From assembly GCA_032161105.1 (NCBI GenBank), contig JAVHTD010000001.1: a DNA stretch of 64,000 nt. One strand, 5' to 3'. Source of the stretch: Candidatus Thermosaccharophagus tengchongensis. Its GTDB lineage: Bacteria > Armatimonadota > Fervidibacteria > Fervidibacterales > Thermosaccharophagaceae. The translations under genes were made by a program, and so were the position numbers. This document shows positions 49,587-59,584 of the stretch, in pieces; the stretch's first letter is position 1; the number at the start of each line of letters is the position of its first letter. The notes beneath the pieces are model-generated. The model saw only the letters and a list, made by a program, of their open reading frames with translations. It ran no database searches and was not told the DNA's origin.

Positions 49587-49900
49587 AAATGCCACCCCCA
49601 TCTGACGGCGCTTACTATCACAGTATGTCTCATCCGATGGCGGGAGATGCTGCATGTGAGTTATCATTAGCTTTAGCAATATAGCCTTTCATAGCTTGGT
49701 GAGTGCGATAGCTGCTTGTGCCGCTGGGACTTATTCATAGAGCTCATCCAATAGCCCGCTCCTGTTACTGCGTAACAAATTGTTACTAATAGTAACTGCG
49801 GAAAATTGCCCGACGAATTTTCGGCATGACCCACTATATGCCCCCACAATGCCGCCAAATCATTCCCCGAAATTTTGCCGCATAACGGCGGCTCAAGTTG

Positions 49901-49924
49901 GTGGTTTGAAGTGGGACAAAGTGG
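49901..49924 (+). promoter_or_regulatory. MraZ-binding direct repeats
   Basis: GTGGtttgaa GTGGgacaaa GTGGttgaca: three GTGG at exact 10-bp period, abutting the -35 upstream of mraZ. Confidence 0.75.
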
Positions 49925-49951
49925 TTGACAATTCCGAAGGGGAATTATAAT
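49925..49951 (+). promoter_or_regulatory. Putative sigma70-type dcw promoter
   Basis: TTGACA (49925-30) and TATAAT (49946-51). The spacer is only 15 nt. Confidence 0.55.
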
Positions 49952-50091
49952 GGATGATTGATGAGCACCATTTAGCGAGGGCAATTGGTTGCGAGCGATC
50001 AAAACGATCAGTTGACCAAACGGCAGTGAGGGGAGACGAAGGGTGAGCGAAATCGGGTCAAAGGATTTCGCTGATGTGAGGGTATCGGCAG

Positions 50092-50586
50092 ATGCGGGCG
50101 AAGAGAAACGAAAGCAAGCAATGGCAAGGTAGGGAGGCTAATTCGGCGAGGGTTGATTTCTCGGGTTACTTTTTCCACTCGCTTGATGACAAATACAGGC
50201 TCGTGATACCGCAGCAGTTTCGTGATGGTCTTGGGAGGAGGTTTAGAGTGGTTATAAGCTCTCGCGATACGCTCTACCTGCTCCCAATAAGCGAGTGGGA
50301 GAAACTTCAGGAACGCTTGAGTGAACTTGAGGCATCCGACCCAGCTCAATATCGCACAGTCGTTGAGAGGATGAGGACATTCTCAACGGAGCTTGAAGCC
50401 GATCAAAACTGGCGTGTGCTTATACCGAAGGAGCTGAGGGAACGAGCCCGCTTGACAAAGCAGGTGGTCTCCCTCGGACAGCGGATACGAATAGAGTTGA
50501 TGGATAGGGACTTCTTTGAGAAGGAAGTCGCACCTATTCTGGAGAGCGAGCAAACAAAGCGCTTGCAGCAGAACATCGGTTGGTAG
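50092..50586 (+). CDS. mraZ: Transcriptional regulator MraZ
   Basis: F.G.F.HSLDDKYRL.IP..FR and D.NWRVLIPKELR AbrB-like repeats; first gene of the dcw cluster. Confidence 0.9.
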   Translation: MRAKRNESKQWQGREANSARVDFSGYFFHSLDDKYRLVIPQQFRDGLGRRFRVVISSRDTLYLLPISEWEKLQERLSELEASDPAQYRTVVERMRTFSTELEADQNWRVLIPKELRERARLTKQVVSLGQRIRIELMDRDFFEKEVAPILESEQTKRLQQNIGW

Positions 50587-50624
50587 CAAATTCGCTGACA
50601 CTGGCTCTTGAGGGGTAGCAGGCA

Positions 50625-51686
50625 ATGAGGGGAGTCGGCTTGATGGGTTCGCAAAGGAGCACAGCTATAAATCGGAGTTCGGAGTTGGCGCCTTATGACC
50701 CGAACTGTGGTTATGGTTTGGAGCACCAAGCGCCGCGCCTTCACAAGCCAGCAATGGTTAAGGAGGTGATTGAGTATCTCGGGTGCACAGCAAAACCCGA
50801 TGGTGTTTTCGTTGACATGACGGTAGGCACTGGTGGACATGCAGAAGCAATACTCCGTGCAGCACCAAAGGCAATGCTGATCGGGATAGATAGAGATGAG
50901 GAGTCTCTTGAGGTGGCTTCGGAGAGGCTCGTTGAATTTGGGGAACGGGTGAGATTGATTCACGGCGACATGAGGGATGTCCAAAGGCTGATCAAGCTTT
51001 GCGGTGTTGAGAGGGTTGATGGGTGCCTCATTGATCCTGGCATGTCGCTTTGGCAGGTTGATCAGGAGCGCGGGTTCAGCTTCCGCATTCCCGCTGAACT
51101 TGACATGCGTTATGACAGGATGCAACGGCTCACTGCAAAGGACATTATCAACTCGGCTTCATTTGAGGAGCTCGTGAGGATGTTGACGACAGCGGGGGAG
51201 CGGAGGAAAAGAGCAAAAGCTATAGCACAAGCTGTAATAGAGGCTCGCGCTCAAAACCCAATAGAGACCACACAACAACTCGCAGCAATAGTCGCGGAAG
51301 CGGTCAAAGCAAAGGGATGGCAACGGATACACCCAGCGACAAAGCTATTCATGGCATTACGAATCGCCGTCAACGAAGAAGCGGACGCTCTGGAACATGG
51401 GATAAGAGCGGCACTGCATGTGCTTCGCATTGGCGGGCGCATTGTGGTGCTGACATATCAAAGCATTGAAGATAGCATCGTCAAACGATTGTTCCATGCA
51501 TACTCGCAGCCCGCTCGTGCTAACCTCCCCTCCCCCTTCCCCCCGCTACCGATGGCTGATGATGTCATCAGGGTGAAAGTGCTAACACCAAAACCATTAA
51601 AGCCGTCGCGCTCCGAGATAAGGAAGAACAGGTGCGCAAGGGGCTGTAAGCTGAGGGCAGCTGAGCGGATCAACGGAGAGGCGTAG
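50625..51686 (+). CDS. rsmH: 16S rRNA m4C1402 methyltransferase RsmH
   Basis: HKP.M..EV, VDMTVG.GGH, GIDRD, RGFSF, LDMRYD, HPATKLFMALRIAVNEE, SIED.IVK, KLRAAER. Confidence 0.95.
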   Translation: MRGVGLMGSQRSTAINRSSELAPYDPNCGYGLEHQAPRLHKPAMVKEVIEYLGCTAKPDGVFVDMTVGTGGHAEAILRAAPKAMLIGIDRDEESLEVASERLVEFGERVRLIHGDMRDVQRLIKLCGVERVDGCLIDPGMSLWQVDQERGFSFRIPAELDMRYDRMQRLTAKDIINSASFEELVRMLTTAGERRKRAKAIAQAVIEARAQNPIETTQQLAAIVAEAVKAKGWQRIHPATKLFMALRIAVNEEADALEHGIRAALHVLRIGGRIVVLTYQSIEDSIVKRLFHAYSQPARANLPSPFPPLPMADDVIRVKVLTPKPLKPSRSEIRKNRCARGCKLRAAERINGEA

Positions 51687-51825
51687 TTTGCGAAGTTTAG
51701 ATGATTAAACGCGCTGGCTGAAGTCGGAGCTGCGATCTTACGCGGCGCTTGAAGAACTCATGCGATATTGCCCGTGATTCTTCAACGAGGCGCGAAGTTT
51801 GAGGGGAAGGAGGGAGGAGGTTAAG

Positions 51826-52278
51826 ATGCATCACAAGCGTTGTGCGTTTGGAAAGCGCAGGCGTTTACTTAGCAGCCGAGATGGGCTGCAAGCGCGCCTT
51901 CCGTTGAGTGTGATTGCATGGTATGGAGTGGCATTGTTTTTATGTCTCTTCGTGAATGCCACGCTCAATGCCATCAATACGCAAGCCCAGAGGAACAATT
52001 ATCGCCTCGAGCGTTTAACAGTTATGTTGCGTATGCGTCATGAGTCGCTCCTTCGCGCTCTTTCCGTAGCCCTCTCACCAGCGCATGCAGAGGAGGTGGC
52101 AGAGAAATTGAGCATGCGTAGGGCGGGCACTAAGGATTGCAAGTTCGTGGTGATAGCGCCTGTGCAGGGTGAAAGGAAAGTGAGCGTTGATGCGATGAGA
52201 GCTAAAGAAGTGATCACTGATGCAAGTAGCGCAATCCATGATGGCAGTGAGGGTTTGAATAAACGCCCGAGGGATTGA
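51826..52278 (+). CDS. ftsL: FtsL-like cell division protein
   Basis: Basic N-terminus, single TM, leucine heptads, LSP...EEVAEKL.M. Syntenic between rsmH and ftsI. Confidence 0.6.
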   Translation: MHHKRCAFGKRRRLLSSRDGLQARLPLSVIAWYGVALFLCLFVNATLNAINTQAQRNNYRLERLTVMLRMRHESLLRALSVALSPAHAEEVAEKLSMRRAGTKDCKFVVIAPVQGERKVSVDAMRAKEVITDASSAIHDGSEGLNKRPRD

Positions 52279-52292
52279 ATCGGGTGGTGAGG

Positions 52293-54167
52293 ATGGAAAG
52301 GCGAAGGGGGAAGGAGAAGTTAAATCTGGCATGTGCCGCAAGGCATCGCATCATCTTTGCGCGCTTCGTTTTGCTGCTCGTCTTTTTCTTTGAGGGGATC
52401 TCGCTTGTGCGCTTGCAGGCTATTCTGCCAAGGAGGATGCTTTCAAGCGATGGCAGTGCGTTGCCCAAAGGGATGCGCAGGGAGGTCATCGTCGCCAAGA
52501 GAGGCACAATATATGCCCGCGATATGACACCTCTGGCTATGACAGTAATCCGATATTATGTCTGCGCAGACCCAACCCTCGTTGAGGAGAGGGAGCGTGC
52601 GGCTTTGACCCTGTCAACCATTCTCAATGAGCCGTATGAAGACATCTTTAAGAGCCTTTTGCCGGGGGACGGAAGAAGCAAGCCTTTGAGGTTTCGGTTG
52701 ATCAAGCGCGATGTTGATGCACAAGTTGCTGAGCGCTTGCTTAAAGCACTGAGGGCGGCGAGGTGTGGAAGGGAGTTGAAGGGCATTTTCATCGGGCGAG
52801 AGGCAAAGCGAGTATACCCGTGTGGGCGGTTGGCTTCGCAGCTTATCGGGTTTGTGAATGTGGATGGGACTGTGAAGGAAGGGATTGAAATGAAGTGGGA
52901 CGATGTCCTCTCCGGCAGGGATGGGATTAAGTTTGTGGAAGTGAATGCAGCTGGTGAGCCAATAGCCGGTGGTGAGGTTGAGTTAGTTGAACCGAGCAAT
53001 GGCAAAGACCTCGTGCTGACGATTGATCCGACCATTCAAAGAGATGTTGAAGAAGTGCTCCGTGAGGCTATAAAGCGTCACCATGCAAGGGCAGCAACTG
53101 CGGCTGTCATGGATGTTCGAACTGGCGAAGTGCTCGCTGCAGTGAGCATGCCGGATTTTGATCCAAACCGATACAGTGAGGCGCAGCAGGAGAGCTTTAG
53201 AAACAGGGTTACGATGTTTGTTTACGAGCCCGGCTCCGCCTTCAAAGTCTTGGTTGCGGCAATAGGGATTGACTGCGGTGCGTTTGATGAGAGATCAACG
53301 GCGTATTGTGATGGCAAGTGGGAAGTCGGCAACTCAGCCATAAGATGTTGGGTTGCATCTGGGCATGGGAATCAAACGCTTGCTGATGCCATAAAGAATT
53401 CGTGCAATGTAGCGATGGCGAAATTTGCCATGCGCATACCGAGGGACAAGTTTTGGCGCTATCTGTTAAAGTTCGGGTTTGGCAAGTTCACAGGGTGTGG
53501 TGCACCAGAAACAGCCGGTTGGATAGATCCGCCAGAGGTATGGAGCAAAGTTCGCAGGGCTAATTTGGGTTATGGCTATGGCATAATGGTCACTCCGCTG
53601 CAGTTGCTCAGGGCTATTTCAGCCATAGCGAATGGTGGGTTGCTGCTAAAGCCGACATTGGTCAGGGCAATCGTTGACCAAGACGGGCATTGGCAATCGC
53701 TAACCGACGGGGTGAATGGCGAGTATGTTATCGCTCCTACAACTGCAGCAAAAGTTAGGCGGATGATGGAGCTCGCTGTCCTCAAGGGAACTGGTAGGAA
53801 AGCCCGTTTGGACGGTTACACATGCGCGGGGAAGACTGGGACGACGAGAAAGATGATCCCGGGCAAGGCTTATGGTTCGGATGTCATTTGCACATTCGTG
53901 GGTTTCTTCCCGGCTGAGTCCCCGAAGGTTGCAGCGATCATTGTTTTGGATGAACCCAAGAAAAGCAAGTGGGCGAGTGAGACTGCAGCACCATTGTTTT
54001 CCGAGGTAATGAGCAAAGTCGCTCTGCGCTTGGGCATACCGCCATCTGACGGGCGGCTTTCGGGACGAACTGCGAGAGCAATCGTGAGTTGTGGTGTTAT
54101 GGGTGGTGCTGAGAGCGGTCAGCTGAATGAGCTCATCGCTTTTGGGATGGCTGAGGGTGATTTTTGA
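52293..54167 (+). CDS. ftsI: Class B penicillin-binding protein (FtsI/PBP3)
   Basis: RG.IY.R, R.YP.G, G.E, G.DL.LTID..IQ, EPGSAFK (SxxK), SCN, GKTGT. Confidence 0.92.
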   Translation: MERRRGKEKLNLACAARHRIIFARFVLLLVFFFEGISLVRLQAILPRRMLSSDGSALPKGMRREVIVAKRGTIYARDMTPLAMTVIRYYVCADPTLVEERERAALTLSTILNEPYEDIFKSLLPGDGRSKPLRFRLIKRDVDAQVAERLLKALRAARCGRELKGIFIGREAKRVYPCGRLASQLIGFVNVDGTVKEGIEMKWDDVLSGRDGIKFVEVNAAGEPIAGGEVELVEPSNGKDLVLTIDPTIQRDVEEVLREAIKRHHARAATAAVMDVRTGEVLAAVSMPDFDPNRYSEAQQESFRNRVTMFVYEPGSAFKVLVAAIGIDCGAFDERSTAYCDGKWEVGNSAIRCWVASGHGNQTLADAIKNSCNVAMAKFAMRIPRDKFWRYLLKFGFGKFTGCGAPETAGWIDPPEVWSKVRRANLGYGYGIMVTPLQLLRAISAIANGGLLLKPTLVRAIVDQDGHWQSLTDGVNGEYVIAPTTAAKVRRMMELAVLKGTGRKARLDGYTCAGKTGTTRKMIPGKAYGSDVICTFVGFFPAESPKVAAIIVLDEPKKSKWASETAAPLFSEVMSKVALRLGIPPSDGRLSGRTARAIVSCGVMGGAESGQLNELIAFGMAEGDF

Positions 54168-55720
54168 TGGGCGAGTTGAAACCAAAACCTTTGGAGGAGT
54201 TGGTTGAGTCCTTAAGGGAGGCAGCTCTTTTGGTCTCGGTCAATGGCGATGTGAATAGGGCTGTCAGAGATGTGGTCAGTGATTCAAAGATGGCATGCGA
54301 TGGGGCAATTTTCGTCTGCATACGCGGGATGAAGCACGATGGACATGACTTTATCAAAGAGTGCATAGCTCATGGTGCAAGTGCCGTTGTGTTTGAGGAT
54401 GAAACGAAGGCAGCTCCGTTTGTGGGCGAGGTAACGCTCATCAAGGTGAAGGACACACGGAAGGCGCTCGCCATACTCGCATCCAAGTTTTTTGAGGAAC
54501 CCTCAAAGCGAGTCCGGCTCATCGGAGTGACCGGGACAAACGGCAAAACAACCACCGTGCATATGATAGCAGCATGCCTGCGCTCCCTCGGCAGGCGAGT
54601 GGCGACGATGGGCACAATGGGAGCCTCAACGGATGAGGGTGGGCAGTTTGACCTCCCGCACACAACTCCGGAAGCTCCACTGATACAGCGCTACCTGCAC
54701 ATGTTCGCCTGCGGCGGCATTCAGGATGTCGTGATGGAAGTTTCATCGCATGCCCTGTCGCAGGATAGGGTGCTTGGGTGTGCATTTGATGCAGCTGTGT
54801 TCACCAACCTGACGCAAGACCACCTTGATTATCACGGCGACATGGAGTCTTACTTCTCAGCCAAGGCGCTCCTGTTCACTGAATATGCAAGGTATGCCCT
54901 CAAAGTGGGGAAGGGATTCGCCGCCGCCATAAACGCTGATGACCCTTATGGAAGGCGCCTTTTGAGCATTCGCCATTGCAAAGTGATCTCATATGGGTTG
55001 AGCGATGAGTGCGATGTTTACGCGTCGGATGTGAGGATGCAAAGGACGCATACGGATATCGTGGTGAGCATAAGACCGTTGGGCATTCAATCCATTCACA
55101 TCAGGATGCCGTTGATTGGGATGTTCAATGTTTACAATGCGCTTGCTGCGCTCTCAACATTGGTGGCGCTCAATGAGGATGTCACATGTGCTGTTAATGC
55201 GCTTGAGCAGTTTACGCCGCCGAAGGGGCGGCTTGAGCCGATTGATGAAGGGCAGCCATTCACAGTGTTGATTGACTATGCCCACACTCCGGATGGGCTG
55301 CTTCAAGCCCTGAGAACGCTGAAGCCCATAAAGGATGGCGGGAGGCTCATTGTGGTTTTTGGGTGTGGCGGCGACAGGGACAAGACGAAACGACCGAAGA
55401 TGGGGCGCATAGCATCGGTTGAGGGCGACATCGTCATCGTTACATCGGACAACCCGCGCTCCGAAGACCCGATGGTCATCATTGAGCAGATACTGTCGGG
55501 TGTGGAATTGACGGAGCGACACAAGGTCATAGTTGAGCCAGACAGAAGGAAAGCCATCTTTAAGGCGATTGGGATGGCGCAATGCGGCGACATAGTTCTC
55601 ATAGCTGGCAAGGGGCATGAGACTTACCAAATCATCGGGCAGCGAAGGATACCGTTTGATGACGGTGAAGTGGCAAGGGAAGCATTGAGCTCTTTGGGAG
55701 GCGCGTTCAAGAGATGCTAA
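54167..55720 (+). CDS. murE: UDP-MurNAc-tripeptide synthetase (meso-DAP type)
   Basis: GVTGTNGKTT, TTPE, MEVSSHAL, FTNLTQDHLDYH, DYAHTPD, FGCGGDRD..KR, TSDNPR (DNPR is the mDAP signature), AGKGHE. Confidence 0.97.
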   Translation: MGELKPKPLEELVESLREAALLVSVNGDVNRAVRDVVSDSKMACDGAIFVCIRGMKHDGHDFIKECIAHGASAVVFEDETKAAPFVGEVTLIKVKDTRKALAILASKFFEEPSKRVRLIGVTGTNGKTTTVHMIAACLRSLGRRVATMGTMGASTDEGGQFDLPHTTPEAPLIQRYLHMFACGGIQDVVMEVSSHALSQDRVLGCAFDAAVFTNLTQDHLDYHGDMESYFSAKALLFTEYARYALKVGKGFAAAINADDPYGRRLLSIRHCKVISYGLSDECDVYASDVRMQRTHTDIVVSIRPLGIQSIHIRMPLIGMFNVYNALAALSTLVALNEDVTCAVNALEQFTPPKGRLEPIDEGQPFTVLIDYAHTPDGLLQALRTLKPIKDGGRLIVVFGCGGDRDKTKRPKMGRIASVEGDIVIVTSDNPRSEDPMVIIEQILSGVELTERHKVIVEPDRRKAIFKAIGMAQCGDIVLIAGKGHETYQIIGQRRIPFDDGEVAREALSSLGGAFKRC

Positions 55721-57126
55721 AAGTCACGGTCACGCAACTGGCGCAGTGGTGCTCCGGCAAACTTTTGAAAACCTCCGAATGGAGCGCAGTGGATGATGTT
55801 GTCACCGACAGCCGATTCGCTCACCATGGCTGCGCATTTGTGGCTTTGAGGGGCGAGCGGTTTGATGGACACCAGTTTATTCCCGATGCCATTTCAAGGG
55901 GCGCAAAGACGGTCATAGTGCAGCACGCAGAGGCTGTCCCAAAGGATGCCGATGTAAACATCATCCTCGTTGAGGACACTCTCAAAGCCCTTGGCTCAAT
56001 TGCCCGCTCGCACTTTGAGCACATCGCTAAGGTGTCAGACCCAAAGGTTGTAGCCGTCACCGGCAGCTGCGGCAAGACAACAACGAAGTTGATGATAAGC
56101 GCAATGCTGTCACGCTCTCTCAATGTGCTCACATCTCCCGAAAGCTACAACAACGAGATTGGGATACCGCTAACGTTGTTTCGGCTCTCCGCAGAGCATC
56201 AAGCCATCGTGCTTGAATATGCTGCGAGGCGCGAGGGCGATATCGCCTACCTGTGTGGTATCGCCAAGCCGCATGTTGGCATCATCACGAACATCGGGAA
56301 GGCGCACATCGGCATATTCGGCTCAAGGGAAGCCATAGAGAGCGCGAAGGGGGAAATAGTTGAAGCCATTGATGAAGATGGCTACGCAGTGCTGAACGCC
56401 GATGACCAAGCATTTGAGCGTCTAAAGGCGCGCACCAGGGCTACCGTGCTTTCGTTCTCAATGCACGATAAGCGCTGCCACGCATTCGCGGAAGGAGTGC
56501 GCTCCGAGCTGCTTGGTATAAGCTTTGATGCGAATGTGCTCGGACGCAAGCTTTCGGTTCGCTTGCCCGTGCTTGGGATACACAATGTTGCCAACGCGCT
56601 GGCGGCAATGCTTGCGGTGTGCTCTGTCAAGGGGGAAATTGATGAGGACGATGTTAGGGCGCTTGAATCTTTTGAACCGCCAAAGATGAGGATGCAACCG
56701 CATCATCGGCGCAATGGGGTTGTCATCATTAACGACGCATACAACGCCAACCCGGAGTCAATGAGAGCGGCATTGCAATCGCTTCAACTCCGCACAGACG
56801 CAAATAGGCGTGTGGTGGTGCTCGGTGAAATGAGGGAGCTCGGTGAAATGTCATATGAGGAGCACTTCAAGCTGGGCTGGGAGTTGATTGATTACGGCGT
56901 TGATGTGGCGGTCGTCGTAGGCGACGGTGCGGCGCCGATAGCGGAGGGCGCATTATTCCGCTCAAGGGATGCAAAGGGGCGCATGGAGGTGATACCCGTA
57001 AGTGACATTGAGGAAGCCGTCAATGTGCTTCGCAAGCTGCTCAAGCCGGGCGATGTCGTGCTTGTAAAGGCTTCAAGGGCGATTGAGCTTGACAAAGTGG
57101 TGGACAAGCTCATGGGTGAGCACTGA
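55714..57126 (+). CDS. murF: UDP-MurNAc-tripeptide:D-Ala-D-Ala ligase
   Basis: DSR, GERFDGH, VTGSCGKTTTK, NNEIGIP, NDAYNANPESM, LGEM.ELG, KASR. Confidence 0.96.
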   Translation: MLKVTVTQLAQWCSGKLLKTSEWSAVDDVVTDSRFAHHGCAFVALRGERFDGHQFIPDAISRGAKTVIVQHAEAVPKDADVNIILVEDTLKALGSIARSHFEHIAKVSDPKVVAVTGSCGKTTTKLMISAMLSRSLNVLTSPESYNNEIGIPLTLFRLSAEHQAIVLEYAARREGDIAYLCGIAKPHVGIITNIGKAHIGIFGSREAIESAKGEIVEAIDEDGYAVLNADDQAFERLKARTRATVLSFSMHDKRCHAFAEGVRSELLGISFDANVLGRKLSVRLPVLGIHNVANALAAMLAVCSVKGEIDEDDVRALESFEPPKMRMQPHHRRNGVVIINDAYNANPESMRAALQSLQLRTDANRRVVVLGEMRELGEMSYEEHFKLGWELIDYGVDVAVVVGDGAAPIAEGALFRSRDAKGRMEVIPVSDIEEAVNVLRKLLKPGDVVLVKASRAIELDKVVDKLMGEH

Positions 57127-58136
57127 TGAGCATCGGCAACTCTGACCCGCTTTTGAAGATAGCTGCATGCGCGTTCATTCCGGCGGTGGCAATATCGGCG
57201 TGCCTGTGCGCAATCTGGATCAGGGTTGCTAAGGTTCTCCCGTGGCGTAAGGATGTGAGGGAAGATGTCCCGGAGAGGCATCGTGCGAAAGTCGGCACAC
57301 CTACGATGGGCGGCTTGGCATTCATTGCCTCATCGGCGCTGACATGCGCGCTCATCGCCATCATTGTGAGGGGATATGATGCGCCTCAATCGGATGCCTT
57401 GCTGCTCCTCGCAGGCACGCTAATTCTCTTTTCCACCCTCGGGGCTATTGATGATGTTTGGAAGGGAATCAAAGGGCGCGGGATAAAGGCGCGCTATAAG
57501 CTGCTCTGGCAAATGGCTTGCGGGCTGTTTGTCACCCTCATCCTGAGACATGAGTTTGGCTTGCCGACAACCATCGGAGTAAATGAACTTGGTGTGGCGT
57601 ATCTTCCCGTTGGAGCACTTCTCATCACGGCAAGCAGCAATGCTGTGAACTTGACCGATGGGCTTGATGGGTTGGTGTGCGGTATGAGCATCGTTTCGCT
57701 TTTAACGCTGGCTGCCGTGCCGGTCATCCTCAAGGGTGCATCACCGTATGCCGTTGCTGCGGCAGGCGCATGCATTGTGCTTGCTGGGGCATTGATTGGC
57801 TTCTTGCCGTTCAACATTCACCCAGCCAAAGTGTTCATGGGTGATACCGGCTCGCTCCCACTTGGGGCGTTCATGTGCGCTGCAGCGATGCTCATGAAGG
57901 TTGAGCTGCTTTGGCTGCTCATCGGTTTGGTATTCTTCATTGAGATGCTCACCGTCGTTATTCAGGTCGTTAGCTACAAGACCACAAGGAAGCGCGTCTT
58001 TCCGATCACTCCCATACACCATTCGTTTGAGCAAATTGGTTGGTCTGAGTGGCGCATCGTGCTCACCTTTTGGGCGTGCACTGCATTTTGTGCAATGTGC
58101 GCCATTTCAATTGCGGCACTTGCATGGCGAGTTTGA
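57126..58136 (+). CDS. mraY: Phospho-MurNAc-pentapeptide transferase
   Basis: KVGTPTMGG, GAIDD, NAVNLTDGLDGL, PAKVFMGDTGS, PIHHSFE. Confidence 0.97.
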   Translation: MSIGNSDPLLKIAACAFIPAVAISACLCAIWIRVAKVLPWRKDVREDVPERHRAKVGTPTMGGLAFIASSALTCALIAIIVRGYDAPQSDALLLLAGTLILFSTLGAIDDVWKGIKGRGIKARYKLLWQMACGLFVTLILRHEFGLPTTIGVNELGVAYLPVGALLITASSNAVNLTDGLDGLVCGMSIVSLLTLAAVPVILKGASPYAVAAAGACIVLAGALIGFLPFNIHPAKVFMGDTGSLPLGAFMCAAAMLMKVELLWLLIGLVFFIEMLTVVIQVVSYKTTRKRVFPITPIHHSFEQIGWSEWRIVLTFWACTAFCAMCAISIAALAWRV

Positions 58137-59584
58137 TGGTGGTGGCTTCAATGGGTTTAAGGCTGGCGGGGGAAAAGTTGCCCAATCTTCCCGGCAATTT
58201 TGATGAGTTCAAGGGGATGAGAGTTGGAGTTATAGGGCTTGGTGAGACTGGATGCGCGCTTTCCGAAAAGCTGCTCAGCTGGGGTGCCGAGGTTATCGCC
58301 GTTGACTCTAAGCCGATTGATAAGCTCAAGGCTCGTGAAAGGCTCGAGAGGCTCATTGAGCTGGGGTTGAAGGTAATCGGTGGAAATGACGAAGCCGAAG
58401 AGCTGCTCGGATGCCAATTGGTCATACTCAGCCCGAGCGTGCGTCCAGACAAGCCATTCGTGCAAAAGCTCCGCGAGAGGGGAATACGGGTGACTGGCGA
58501 GATTGAGCTTGCATACGCGATGTGCAAAGGACGAGTGGTGGCTGTAACCGGCACGAACGGCAAGACAACCACGGCGACAATCACGCATCATTTGCTTGTC
58601 TCAAACGGCGTAAGGGCATTCCTCGTTGGTAATATCGGGACGCCGGCAATAAGCTATGTTGATGTTGCCGATGAGTCATGTTGGCTCGTTATGGAAGTGA
58701 GCAGCTTCCAGCTGATGACATGCGAGGCTTTCCGACCGGACATAGGCATCATCACAAACATAGCTGTTGATCACCTTGATTGGCATAGGGATGTGGGCGA
58801 ATACATTTCAGCAAAGGCGAAGTTGCTCAGGGGGCAAAGCGATGATGACTTTGCGGTATTGAATGCCGACGATGAAGGCGTGCGCAGGGTGATGCATGTC
58901 GGTGCCGCCAAGCGAATCCTCTTTGGGCTGAGCAGCGATGCGGCTCATGTTAGGTTGGTTAACGGCAAGGTTGTGGCTGACATACCGGAGTTGGGGGTTG
59001 GCAGCGTGACATTGTGTGAGCGTGATGAGATACGGGTTTTGGGGGAGCACAATGTCCTCAATGTTATGGCTGCGTCAGCTGCGGCGTTGCTATGCGGTGC
59101 GCCGCCTGATGGCGTGAGGAAGGCAGTTGCATCATTCACCGGCGTTCCGCACAGGCTTGAATTTGTTGCGGAGGTTGGCGGAGTTAGGTTCATCAACGAC
59201 TCAGCTGCGACGACGCCCCATGCGGCGCTGCACGCCATCCGCTCAATCAATTCACCCATTGTGTGGATAGCCGGCGGAAGGAATAAAGGGCTTGACCTCG
59301 GCGTCCTCTCCGACGCCGTGAAGGAAAAGGTCAAAGCCGCCATTTTGATTGGCTCCGCAGCAAGTGAGCTGTCCGAATTTTTAAGCCGTCTCAATGTGCG
59401 CTTTATGCTTGCCGACAGCTTGGAAGATGCTGTTTCACTTTCACTCAGCATGGCGTCACCCGGTGATGTTGTGCTGCTCTCCCCGGCATGCACCAGCTTG
59501 GACATGTTTGAAAACTACGCTGAGCGTGGCGAGGAGTTCAGGAGGGCGGTCAGAAAGTTATGTGGGGTGGTGAGGGATGGGTGA
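58136..59584 (+). CDS. murD: UDP-MurNAc-L-Ala:D-Glu ligase
   Basis: GLGETG, SPSV, AVTGTNGKTT, GNIG.P, EVSSFQL, DHLDWH, HRLE, NDSAAT, LLSPAC.S.D.F.NY.ERG. TGATG coupling to mraY. Confidence 0.96.
   Translation: MVVASMGLRLAGEKLPNLPGNFDEFKGMRVGVIGLGETGCALSEKLLSWGAEVIAVDSKPIDKLKARERLERLIELGLKVIGGNDEAEELLGCQLVILSPSVRPDKPFVQKLRERGIRVTGEIELAYAMCKGRVVAVTGTNGKTTTATITHHLLVSNGVRAFLVGNIGTPAISYVDVADESCWLVMEVSSFQLMTCEAFRPDIGIITNIAVDHLDWHRDVGEYISAKAKLLRGQSDDDFAVLNADDEGVRRVMHVGAAKRILFGLSSDAAHVRLVNGKVVADIPELGVGSVTLCERDEIRVLGEHNVLNVMAASAAALLCGAPPDGVRKAVASFTGVPHRLEFVAEVGGVRFINDSAATTPHAALHAIRSINSPIVWIAGGRNKGLDLGVLSDAVKEKVKAAILIGSAASELSEFLSRLNVRFMLADSLEDAVSLSLSMASPGDVVLLSPACTSLDMFENYAERGEEFRRAVRKLCGVVRDG

Noticed and set aside
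49590..49760. SAM-I or cobalamin riboswitch before the methyltransferase operon
   Set aside because: Only scattered words (CTATGAA, TGCTAA, GATAA on the minus strand). The ATCnAGAG/GCAACC core and the B12 box are missing.
49801..49812. 12-mer shared in inverted form with the dnaK upstream region (5897-5908)
   Set aside because: A single 12-mer match is expected by chance in this much sequence.
50403..51125. 240-aa antisense ORF and the many other shadow ORFs in the track
   Set aside because: They lie opposite or within well-supported genes and show no recognisable motifs.
51749..51785. Inverted repeat TTGAAGAA...TTCTTCAA between rsmH and ftsL, and CACCGTTC...GAACGGTG before murB
   Set aside because: Ordinary intra-operon hairpins, unrelated to each other, with no U-tract or repeat-family evidence.
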